Positions 19,822 through 28,463 of a stretch of DNA of 62,108 nucleotides are shown here, one piece after another; position 1 is the first letter of the stretch, and every line of letters starts with the position of its first letter. Below the pieces are notes generated by a model, which searched no databases, was not told the origin of the DNA, and saw only the letters and a list, made by a program, of their open reading frames with translations. This DNA comes from an uncultured Bacteroidota bacterium (GTDB taxonomy: Bacteria; Bacteroidota; Bacteroidia; Bacteroidales; F082): assembly GCA_937901015.1 (NCBI GenBank), contig CALCGQ010000335.1, forward strand, positions 1-62,108, written 5' to 3'. Position numbers and translations under genes: made by a program.

Positions 19822-21963
19822 TTATTTCAGATAATCATTAAAATATGATAAGATCTTTTTATAGAGATGTGCTCTGTTTTTTCCCCTCATATTATGACCA
19901 TGTCCGGGATAAACAAAATAGTCTATATCCTTATCTTCATCTATTGCATATTTCAGAAACTTAAGGCTATGTTGCCATACAACAGTTGGGTCATTGGTTC
20001 CATGGATAATCATCAGTTTTCCATCAAGTTTACCAACTTTTTTGAGCAAATTAGCATTTTCATATCCTTCAGGATTTTCATCAGGCATATCCATATAACG
20101 CTCACCATACATAATTTCATAGTACTTCCAATCAATAACCGGGCCTCCAGCAACACCAACTTTAAAAACTCCCGGATTATCAAGCATCATACTAATGGTC
20201 ATAAAACCACCATAGCTCCAGCCATCAACCCCAATTCGGTCAGAATCTACAAAGTTCAGTGATTTAAGATAATTAACACCAACCATCTGGTCTTTAACCT
20301 CATTTACACCCAGCTGACGATGAATCGACTGCTCAAAATCACGACCTCTGTTTGCAGTGCCACGATTATCAAGTGTGAAAATAACATAACCTTGCTGAGC
20401 CAGATAATTCAGAAAAAATCCTGCACCTCCCATCCATGAATCTGTTATTAACTGTGCATGAGGACCTCCGTAGACATATACAATCACAGGATATTTTTTT
20501 GTACTGTCGAAATTCATGGGTTTAATTAATCTACAATAAAGATCATCACCAGCATCTGATTTAAGAGTAAATATTGACATTTCACCAAGCTTATAATCAG
20601 CTAGTGGTTTTTTATCTTCTTTTATAACCCTAATTACTTTGGCCTTGGAATTTAGAACCTTATACTCACGGCTAACATCAGTATTACTGTAAATATCAAG
20701 TACATACTTCCCTGATTTACTAACCATTGCACTATGAGTCCCACGATCAGGAGTGATTCTTGTAATATTATCAGATCCAATTTTTACCTTATATATATTT
20801 TGCTCTAAAGGACTGTCTTTAGTTCCTTTGAACCAAATTACATCATTTGGATACTCACCAATTAACTGCGTTACAACCCAGTTGCCACTTGTTAATTGTT
20901 TTATCATTTCACCTTTATTATTATATAGATACAAGTGGTTCCAACCATCTCGTTCACTTTGCCAGATGAAATGATCTTTATTATTCTTAAGGAAGTAAAG
21001 CCCTTCTTCTGGCTCAACATACTTTGAGCTCTTTTCTTCAAATAGCTGAGCTACAAATTCACCCGTTGAAGCATTGTATTTATTCAATTTAAGGTGATTC
21101 TGCTCACGATTAAGTATACCAATATATATAAACTCACCATTGGGCCCCCATGTAACAGCTGTAAGAAATTGATCGGCAGGACCTTCAGTATTTATGGCTA
21201 TGGTTTCTTCCTTTTCAAGATCATATACCAATAGCGTTACCTCATGACTTGTCATACCAGCCATTGGATATTTAGTATTCTCAACCTCAGCAATACGTGA
21301 ATCAATATCAACCAATGGATAGTCGGTTACCATTGTTTCATCCATTCTGTAGTAGGCTAGTTTCTTAGACTCAGGAGACCAAAATAATCCTTTACTGATT
21401 CCAAACTCAACCCGATGAACAGCTTGTCCGTTGACAATGCCAGGGTTTTCATCATTTGTTATTTGTTCAACCTTACCATCGATTGAAATGAAAATATTAT
21501 TGTCTTTTGTATACGCGATAAATCTGGTATCTTTTTCAAAATCCACATTTTCAGCATCTTCATCTAAACTATTCAACCAATGGATTTCACCAGTAACAAA
21601 ATTGTAATTATAGTAATTATGTTGTGATGTAAAGTTACATGAGATATCATCAGGAAAACTGACCCTGGGTAATCGGCGTATAGAATCATACTTATTATCC
21701 GACATCGCTTTGTTGATCATATCAATATCAAACAGCAAGGTCTCCGTTCCGCTTTTTGCACCCACTTTATAGATTGCATTACCTGATGCATAGGCATAAT
21801 TATTTGATTCACCTATCCATTGTAATTGTGATACAGAAGCTGGATATAGCTCGCGGTTCATATAAATTGCATCTTCTGCTGTAAGCACTTTATCTTGCGC
21901 AACAGAAATCATGTTAACCATCATGATTATAAGGGCAACAAATATTTTTAATGTATAATTCAT
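19822..21963 (-). CDS. dipeptidyl-peptidase IV (S9B prolyl oligopeptidase family)
   Basis: Signal peptide ...MISVA|Q is followed by an N-terminal propeller region. The catalytic Ser is in GVDGWSYGGFMT, the Asp in HGTNDPTV and the His in YPGHGHNM. Confidence 0.9.
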   Translation of the reverse strand: MNYTLKIFVALIIMMVNMISVAQDKVLTAEDAIYMNRELYPASVSQLQWIGESNNYAYASGNAIYKVGAKSGTETLLFDIDMINKAMSDNKYDSIRRLPRVSFPDDISCNFTSQHNYYNYNFVTGEIHWLNSLDEDAENVDFEKDTRFIAYTKDNNIFISIDGKVEQITNDENPGIVNGQAVHRVEFGISKGLFWSPESKKLAYYRMDETMVTDYPLVDIDSRIAEVENTKYPMAGMTSHEVTLLVYDLEKEETIAINTEGPADQFLTAVTWGPNGEFIYIGILNREQNHLKLNKYNASTGEFVAQLFEEKSSKYVEPEEGLYFLKNNKDHFIWQSERDGWNHLYLYNNKGEMIKQLTSGNWVVTQLIGEYPNDVIWFKGTKDSPLEQNIYKVKIGSDNITRITPDRGTHSAMVSKSGKYVLDIYSNTDVSREYKVLNSKAKVIRVIKEDKKPLADYKLGEMSIFTLKSDAGDDLYCRLIKPMNFDSTKKYPVIVYVYGGPHAQLITDSWMGGAGFFLNYLAQQGYVIFTLDNRGTANRGRDFEQSIHRQLGVNEVKDQMVGVNYLKSLNFVDSDRIGVDGWSYGGFMTISMMLDNPGVFKVGVAGGPVIDWKYYEIMYGERYMDMPDENPEGYENANLLKKVGKLDGKLMIIHGTNDPTVVWQHSLKFLKYAIDEDKDIDYFVYPGHGHNMRGKNRAHLYKKILSYFNDYLK

Positions 21964-21978
21964 AATGTGAACTTTATA

Positions 21979-22611
21979 TTATTTTACAGTGATTTTTTCA
22001 ACTCTGAATTTAAAATCTGACAAATAATTACTCTTCTTATCATTTAGATAGACAAAGAAACTATCTGGTAATTGAACTGGAATCTCAATGGTTGTATAAT
22101 TCCACCAACCATTATTAATAGGATTTTGTGGTGCTTGATATGGTAAATCAAATTCCCATAACTTTCCTTTATCATCAGCTCCTCTAATTACCACAAAATA
22201 CCATCGAAAATTTGCTCTCTCCTCATTATATCTTGTTAAATAAATTTGCAGCTGTCCTCCTAATGATATATTCCTGAGATTCTCAAGGTTCTTTTCAAGA
22301 TCTTCCTGTTCCCGTTTTTCGGAAATAGCAACTCTGTGAAAACTTGATTCCAATGAATCTAAACTTTGATATCCAATTGCAGTAATTGGAGAATAATTGT
22401 ATGTTGATGGATTATTCGGTAGTTGGCCGAAAATTTTTGTTATTTCATATCCGCTTATGACTCTAGTTTCATTGTCTAACCAAACCCTTGAATATAGTTG
22501 AGGGTTCATTTCTTGGCCCATTAGAGGAACTATGGCAAACAAATTCAATAATAAGGTTGAAATTAATAACTTATTTAAAATATTGCTAGGTATTAATGAT
22601 GACAAAGCCAT
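21979..22611 (-). CDS. hypothetical secreted protein
   Basis: I prefer the start MALSSLIPSNILNKLLISTLLLNLFAIVPLMG|Q (ATG 22609-22611), 10 nt after the upstream stop. I recognise no motif. Confidence 0.55.
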   Translation of the reverse strand: MALSSLIPSNILNKLLISTLLLNLFAIVPLMGQEMNPQLYSRVWLDNETRVISGYEITKIFGQLPNNPSTYNYSPITAIGYQSLDSLESSFHRVAISEKREQEDLEKNLENLRNISLGGQLQIYLTRYNEERANFRWYFVVIRGADDKGKLWEFDLPYQAPQNPINNGWWNYTTIEIPVQLPDSFFVYLNDKKSNYLSDFKFRVEKITVK

Positions 22612-22621
22612 ATAAGGATGT

Positions 22622-23350
22622 CTAATTAAAAGATGAAACCACATCTGTAAAAGACTTTATTAATCCTGGATTATCCTCAAAAAGGTTCCCAACAACAATT
22701 ATATCAGCTCCGGCATTCAGAACACTCTTAGCTTTTTCGGGAGTTCTTATTCCACCTCCAATGATTAAAGGAATCTCTATTGAACCTTTAACAAAACTGA
22801 TCATTTCTTCGGGTATGGTTTGAAGAGCACCGCTTCCAGCATCCATAAAGATTGTATTAAGACCCAGCATTTCTCCAGCCATAGCAGTGCAGGCAGCAAT
22901 ATCTTTCTTATCATTTGGAATTGGAAATGAATTACTCATGTATGAAACAGAAGTAGGTTTTCCACTATCGATAAGCATATAACCAGTTGGAATCGTTTCA
23001 ATTCCAGCAAGTTTAATATATGGTGCAGAAAGAACATGCATACCAATAAGCATATCTGGGTTACGCCCGGATATCAATGATAAAAACAACATTGCATCTG
23101 CATTTCGACTAATTTGATATGTGTTACCTGGAAAAAGTATTACAGGTATATTTGAATTCTCTTTGATAGTCCTGATACATCTGAATAAGTTATCGCTGGT
23201 AAGCAAACTACCCCCAACAAACAGAAAATCTGTTCCGTTATCATCCGCTATTTTTGAGGTACTAATTAGCTGCTCCTCCGAAAGTTTATCAGGATCAATA
23301 AGTACTGCTAATTGCTTTTTTTTCTTTGTAAACAAATCTTTTACGTTCAT
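22622..23350 (-). CDS. geranylgeranylglyceryl/heptaprenylglyceryl phosphate synthase family protein (PcrB/GGGPS)
   Basis: 242 aa TIM-barrel pattern: DPDK near the N-terminus, LFVGGS, and a C-terminal phosphate-binding GGGIRTPEKAKSVLNAGADIIVVGN. Confidence 0.8.
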   Translation of the reverse strand: MNVKDLFTKKKKQLAVLIDPDKLSEEQLISTSKIADDNGTDFLFVGGSLLTSDNLFRCIRTIKENSNIPVILFPGNTYQISRNADAMLFLSLISGRNPDMLIGMHVLSAPYIKLAGIETIPTGYMLIDSGKPTSVSYMSNSFPIPNDKKDIAACTAMAGEMLGLNTIFMDAGSGALQTIPEEMISFVKGSIEIPLIIGGGIRTPEKAKSVLNAGADIIVVGNLFEDNPGLIKSFTDVVSSFN

Positions 23351-23394
23351 AAAAAGGAAGCCTTTTTGTTTTGTGTATAAAAAAATGGAATTAA

Positions 23395-23402
23395 CAAAAG
23401 TA
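23395..23402 (-). promoter_or_regulatory. candidate -7 box for the GGGPS-family gene
   Basis: Plus-strand CAAAAGTA equals sense TACTTTTG. It lies 45 nt upstream of the ATG at 23350. Confidence 0.4.
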
Positions 23403-23464
23403 GTAAAATAATAAAAGGAGAAAGAGTTGTTTTTACTTGTGTAAATATTGGCAGGGAAACTTAA

Positions 23465-23584
23465 CTATACGAGTATCATTGACAAATAAATACCCATACC
23501 TATTGCACCAACAATTATCCAAAATGTAATCATTGGTGGTAAACTATCTTTTTCAGGATCGTAATCAAATATATTATATGGCAT
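23465..23584 (-). CDS. 39-aa single-TM micro-protein (not in the ORF track)
   Basis: Hand translation gives MPYNIFDYDPEKDSLPPMITFWIIVGAIGMGIYLSMILV*. The ATG is 9 nt after the stop of the upstream OMP/SPOR gene. It has an acidic head and one clean TM helix. Confidence 0.45.
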   Translation of the reverse strand: MPYNIFDYDPEKDSLPPMITFWIIVGAIGMGIYLSMILV

Positions 23585-23593
23585 AATTTGTTA

Positions 23594-24832
23594 TTAAGGT
23601 AACTTATTTAATCTTGCTCCGTTTCTAAATGCAACAATAAATGAATCGCTAATACCATTGTTTAACCTTAGATAATTACGTCTTTCTTTGGCTTGATCAT
23701 ACGTTGGATATGATCCAACTGTGTATATGTAAAAACCATTATAGGTATTCTCTTTTATCTCAGAAGCAGGAATATTATATGTTGTACTCAGATGATGGAT
23801 GGAAATTGCTTTACCATACTTTGCTCTAATCTGAACCCTGTATTCAATACCTTGTACATTAACTTCCTGTTTTATTACCGGTTCCGTGATTACTTCTTCA
23901 ACGGGTACGGTTATTATCTCCTCAACTACTGTTTCCTTAGCTGGAGGTAAAACAGGTATAGCTACAATAACTGGTTCAATGGTAAGGGCATCAACTTCCG
24001 GTGGTGAAATTGGTTTATTGGGATTATAGTCATAATCCGCGCTTTCGATTACCTCATCTGTTTCTTCCTTGGGCTTGAAATACCTATACTCTTCTTTTTT
24101 ACTTTGTTTACTTGAGTTTCCTCCGAATTTGTATGAAATTCCAAGCGATGTATAGTTATATACATCATATTTAAACCCACCCTCAGTAGCATCAAGCTTA
24201 TCAGTATCAAGTAAACGGTTTGCGGTTTCAAGATTCAGGTTAACCCTGTTACTAAGTCTTAAATCTAAACCAAGTCCGCCCAAGAACATCCCCTGAAGAG
24301 ATCGGCCAGCAAAACTACTCCCAGATCCATTTCCTTGACTCTTTAAGACTTTTTTGGTTTGAAGATCCATGAGTTCTGTATTGAAATTTGTAATCCCTAA
24401 CCCTAACAATATATAAGCATTCCATACCTGATCTGCTCTATACTTTTGAAAGATATTTCTTATTCCAATTGTTGCATTAAGATTAAATTCCACATAGTTT
24501 GATTCGAAATACAGATTTCTCTGTCGACGAGTACCAGCAAGATTTCCGTACAAGAACTGTCCTCTTATACCAAAGATAGGTGAAATCTGTTTTATAAGCA
24601 TCGCACCACCGGCAAAACGCCACTCATTTTCATTAGTAGATACAGGTGCAAATTGGTATTGCTTAATATCGCCAAAGAATAAACTGGTGCCACCGTTTAC
24701 ATTAATTTGCCAAAAAGACCTGAAATTACTTGTTTTATTATATGACTGCGCCTTGATGCTGGGCAATACAAATAATAATAAAACTATGGTTAATATCAGA
24801 TATTTTACAATAGGTGGCTTATTGTGGTACAT
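23594..24832 (-). CDS. outer-membrane beta-barrel protein with a Pro/Glu-rich linker and a C-terminal SPOR-like domain
   Basis: Signal peptide ...PSIKA|Q is followed by a ~220-aa barrel-like region and the linker PISPPEVDALTIEPVIVAIPVLPPAKETVVEE. The C-terminus YRVQIRAKYGK...YIYTVGSYPTYDQAKERRNYL is SPOR-like. Confidence 0.75.
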   Translation of the reverse strand: MYHNKPPIVKYLILTIVLLLFVLPSIKAQSYNKTSNFRSFWQINVNGGTSLFFGDIKQYQFAPVSTNENEWRFAGGAMLIKQISPIFGIRGQFLYGNLAGTRRQRNLYFESNYVEFNLNATIGIRNIFQKYRADQVWNAYILLGLGITNFNTELMDLQTKKVLKSQGNGSGSSFAGRSLQGMFLGGLGLDLRLSNRVNLNLETANRLLDTDKLDATEGGFKYDVYNYTSLGISYKFGGNSSKQSKKEEYRYFKPKEETDEVIESADYDYNPNKPISPPEVDALTIEPVIVAIPVLPPAKETVVEEIITVPVEEVITEPVIKQEVNVQGIEYRVQIRAKYGKAISIHHLSTTYNIPASEIKENTYNGFYIYTVGSYPTYDQAKERRNYLRLNNGISDSFIVAFRNGARLNKLP

Positions 24833-24933
24833 GGTAATCTAGTATTAGGTTCATACAATATCTGTCACACCTTGTAACAAATGTATTAATGAGCCTAAAA
24901 TTAGATAATAATACTGCGGCTAAAAATTGAGAT

Positions 24934-26655
24934 CTAATTAATTATCGCCAACCAATTGTTAATATCTTCCATCTGAATTGCAGGGATATCAAGTTTGTTT
25001 TTTTTGCGATATCCATTTAACTTTTGCTGTATGGCTGATGGTTTGGTTTTCTTTAAAACGTCAGGACTTGTAAAGCCTGCAGGTATCATTATTTCAGCCC
25101 AATCAGCTGATACACCCATATCTACAAAATCTGCCGAAGTAATTACTTTCTTAACGGCTTCCGGTCTCATTTGTGGGAAAAACAATACTTCCTGAATGGA
25201 GGATTGATTGGTCATTAGCATAACTAATCTATCGATTCCTATTCCCATTCCTGATGTTGGAGGCATTCCATATTCTATTGCACGAAGGAAGTCCTGGTCA
25301 ATAACCATAGCCTCATCATCACCTTTTGCAGCCAAATCCATTTGTTCCTCGAAACGTGCTCTCTGATCTATAGGGTCATTTAACTCAGAATATGCGTTTG
25401 CCAACTCCTTCCCATTTACCATTAATTCAAAACGTTCCGTTAATTCAGGATTCTCACGGTGACGTTTACAAAGTGGTGACATTTCAACTGGATAATCAGT
25501 AATAAAAGTTGGTTGAATAAATGAGCCTTCACATTTCTCACCAAATATTTCATCAATAAGTTTACCAACTCCCATGGAAGGATCAGTTTCAATATCTAGC
25601 TTTTTACAAACATCCAAAAGCTCATCAACTCCCATCTTGCTCACATCATAACCGGTAAACTCTTTAATGGCATCAAGAATACTAAGTCTTCTATATGGTG
25701 CTTTAAAATTTATAATGTTATCACCTACTTGTACTTCTGTAGTTCCATGCAGATCAAGAGCAATTTTCTCAATCATATTCTCGGTCATTTTCATCATCCA
25801 GAAATAATCCTTGTAGGCCACATAGATTTCCATCTGCGTAAACTCTGGATTATGAAAACGGCTCATACCTTCATTACGAAAGTCTTTTGCAAACTCAAAC
25901 ACTCCATCATATCCACCAACAATCAATCTTTTAAGATAAAGCTCATTGGCGATTCTAAGATAAAGTGGCATGTTCAATGCATTGTGATGTGTAACAAATG
26001 GTTTTGCTGCAGCACCCCCTGGAATTGACTGAAGAATTGGTGTTTCCACCTCAAGATAACCCTTATCATTTAAGAAGTTTCGCATTGACCTTATTACTTG
26101 AGCTCTTTTAACAAAAGTATCCTTAACGCCATCATTTACAATAAGATCTACATAACGTTGGCGGTATCTTTGATCTGGATCTGTAAATGCATCATAAACT
26201 TCACCATCTTTTTCCTTTACAATTGGTAGTGGACGTAACGATTTTGTGAGAATGGTGAATTCCTTAACATGAACTGTGATTTCACCCATCTTAGTAACAA
26301 AAACAAACCCTTTTACACCGATGATATCACCAATATCAAGAAGACGTTTAAAGACCGTATTATAAAGAGTTTTATCTTCTGCAGGACAAATTTCATCGCG
26401 TTTAAAATACAACTGGATTCTCCCTGATGAGTCCATTAATTCTAAAAATGAAGCAGCACCCATAATACGTCTGCTCATAATTCTACCTGCCAAACAAACA
26501 TCCTGATATGCTTCCTCATTGCTTTGGAAATTCTTAGAAACATCTGATGCAAGTACATTTACTGGATACTGCTCTGGAGGATAGGCATTGATTCCAAGTT
26601 TATTCAACTCTTGTAATGCGCTACGTCTTATTTGTTCTTGTTCACTTAGTTGCAT
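24934..26655 (-). CDS. lysS: lysine--tRNA ligase (class II) with a C-terminal extension
   Basis: An N-terminal OB anticodon-binding region precedes class II motifs ([25 protein letters not shown]). 573 aa. Confidence 0.95.
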   Translation of the reverse strand: MQLSEQEQIRRSALQELNKLGINAYPPEQYPVNVLASDVSKNFQSNEEAYQDVCLAGRIMSRRIMGAASFLELMDSSGRIQLYFKRDEICPAEDKTLYNTVFKRLLDIGDIIGVKGFVFVTKMGEITVHVKEFTILTKSLRPLPIVKEKDGEVYDAFTDPDQRYRQRYVDLIVNDGVKDTFVKRAQVIRSMRNFLNDKGYLEVETPILQSIPGGAAAKPFVTHHNALNMPLYLRIANELYLKRLIVGGYDGVFEFAKDFRNEGMSRFHNPEFTQMEIYVAYKDYFWMMKMTENMIEKIALDLHGTTEVQVGDNIINFKAPYRRLSILDAIKEFTGYDVSKMGVDELLDVCKKLDIETDPSMGVGKLIDEIFGEKCEGSFIQPTFITDYPVEMSPLCKRHRENPELTERFELMVNGKELANAYSELNDPIDQRARFEEQMDLAAKGDDEAMVIDQDFLRAIEYGMPPTSGMGIGIDRLVMLMTNQSSIQEVLFFPQMRPEAVKKVITSADFVDMGVSADWAEIMIPAGFTSPDVLKKTKPSAIQQKLNGYRKKNKLDIPAIQMEDINNWLAIIN

Positions 26656-26673
26656 GGTTCAAAAAAATTTTTG

Positions 26674-26681
26674 CAAAGATA
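26674..26681 (-). promoter_or_regulatory. candidate -7 box for lysS
   Basis: Plus-strand CAAAGATA equals sense TATCTTTG. It lies 19 nt upstream of the ATG at 26655 and directly abuts the T-tract of the upstream terminator. Confidence 0.45.
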
Positions 26682-26685
26682 AAAA

Positions 26686-26723
26686 AAAGCTGCCCCTCTA
26701 TAACCGTTAGAGAGAGCAGCTTT
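26686..26723 (-). terminator. intrinsic terminator of the 26743-28245 cargo gene
   Basis: The arms are AAAGCTGC...GCAGCTTT, with an inner CTCTA/TAGAG pairing. On the sense strand an 8-T run follows. Confidence 0.6.
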
Positions 26724-26742
26724 AAAATAAGTTTAAGGGTTC

Positions 26743-28245
26743 CTATTTTAGGAATACTTTTTTGCTTACACTTTGAGTATCATTTTTAATTTGCACAAAG
26801 TAAATACCTTTTGGGTTGTTACTTAAATCTATGGAAACTAATTCTGATCCTTGTACATTAACTGATTGTGTATAAATCACTTTACCAACAATATCAATAA
26901 CTTGTAACTCACCATTTGTAAGTTCCATAGCATTGATATTTAGGTTAAATAAACCTGATGTTGGGTTAGGATATACTTCAAGAGAAACTGCTTCAGGGTT
27001 TTCATTAACACCAACGCAATTAACAACTGTGATTACTTGCTCAGCAAATCCTTCACAACCATTCTCTTCGTAACTGTAAGTAACTGTGAATTCACCTGCG
27101 CCTGCTTCTGTAGGATGGAAATACATACCTTCAGTAACAAAATCGCCTGAATAAACACCGCCTTCTGGAGTTCCTTGAGTTAACAAATAAGGATCCCAAT
27201 CTTCATTACAAAGATCTTCAACGTCAGCAAAATCTACTACTGGAGGCTCACCTACATTAATATAATCAGCTTTAAAAGCTGTATCATAGCGAGTTCCGTC
27301 ATAAATAACTAATTCTACGTCATAAGAACCTACTTCTTGATAATATACATTAGGGTTCATCAAAGCAGAAGTTTCAGGGATACCACCTTCAAAAGTCCAC
27401 TGATACTGGATAACATTACCAATACTTGTTGAGGCAAAGTGTGCTGTACCTGCATCACAAATATCTGAAGGATCTGCTTCAAAATCTGCTAACCAAGTTG
27501 GATAACCTGGATCAAGATCTTCTAACATTACACTACCAGTACTTAGTACATGTTTGTTATCGTTGTCTTGTAACCAGCTAATAAGTTCACAATTTTCTGG
27601 AACCCATGAATTGTCAAATGTAAATGACAATTCTAGTTCAACAGTACTGCTATTAGATGGGAAAGTAACTGCAGTTCCATAAGCATCAGGAATCATGAGT
27701 CTCTGTGTGTAATCTATTGTTGACATACCTTGCCAGTTGTAAGGAATATCTGTTTCAGTAAGAGCAAAATGAATTACAATATTTGTACCTGAATAAGCTG
27801 CAATCTTATCAACAGTAACTTTGATATCATAAACATCACCAGTATTGTCGCCAGTAATATCAACAGCAAAAGCAGTTTGTTCTTGAATACGAGCGTTAAC
27901 AATTGGTAAATAACTTCCATATGAACTCTGAGTACTACTACCACCTACTACTTCATTATATTCACCATCAAATTGAGCTGTTGGATATCCGCTAATTCCG
28001 TAATAAGAACAACGAATCGGAGCTTCAACAGTATTAAATGGGTCATTACTATTAAAGTTGTGGTATTCAATACCAGCTACCGGGTCACCATTTGTGTAGA
28101 GTTCGTGCAAACCCATTGCTGCACCTGGGCAATAAGGACAACCTGTCCCAGTCCCAACTTCAACTAACACTTCTACTCTATCAATCTGTGCTGAGAGAGC
28201 GAAAAATGCTAAAGTTGCAAAAAAAGTAAAGATTAATTTTTTCAT
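26743..28245 (-). CDS. T9SS cargo: thioredoxin-like (Omp28-related, CPYC) domain + PKD domain + CTD
   Basis: I prefer the start MKKLIFTFFATLAFFALSA|Q (ATG 28243-28245). It contains GTGCPYCPG, a PKD-like stretch (FASTSIGNVIQYQWTFEGG...GSYDVELVIYDG) and the C-terminal sorting domain EVYPNPTSGLFNLNI...IYFVQIKND...KKVFLK. Confidence 0.85.
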   Translation of the reverse strand: MKKLIFTFFATLAFFALSAQIDRVEVLVEVGTGTGCPYCPGAAMGLHELYTNGDPVAGIEYHNFNSNDPFNTVEAPIRCSYYGISGYPTAQFDGEYNEVVGGSSTQSSYGSYLPIVNARIQEQTAFAVDITGDNTGDVYDIKVTVDKIAAYSGTNIVIHFALTETDIPYNWQGMSTIDYTQRLMIPDAYGTAVTFPSNSSTVELELSFTFDNSWVPENCELISWLQDNDNKHVLSTGSVMLEDLDPGYPTWLADFEADPSDICDAGTAHFASTSIGNVIQYQWTFEGGIPETSALMNPNVYYQEVGSYDVELVIYDGTRYDTAFKADYINVGEPPVVDFADVEDLCNEDWDPYLLTQGTPEGGVYSGDFVTEGMYFHPTEAGAGEFTVTYSYEENGCEGFAEQVITVVNCVGVNENPEAVSLEVYPNPTSGLFNLNINAMELTNGELQVIDIVGKVIYTQSVNVQGSELVSIDLSNNPKGIYFVQIKNDTQSVSKKVFLK

Positions 28246-28357
28246 AGTAATTGTTTTAATGATTTCAATCAATTTTAAATATTGGTTTTTATATATTAGA
28301 GGAATATAGCTTTTAATTAACAAATTCATTGATAGTTAGCGGGTTAAACACATTCCC

Positions 28358-28400
28358 ACATGCATATATAACAATTATTATATATGACATGCAATATATA
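28358..28400. repeat. two copies of an ACATGCA(A)TATATA motif upstream of the 26743-28245 cargo gene
   Basis: ACATGCATATATA is at 28358-28370 and ACATGCAATATATA at 28387-28400. A third copy, ACATGCAATATA, is at 31719-31730, upstream of the next cargo gene. Confidence 0.6.
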
Positions 28401-28463
28401 AAATATTATTGAACTGACAACCACTAAATAACAAAAGGTTGCACAGACTATTTCTGATGAAAT

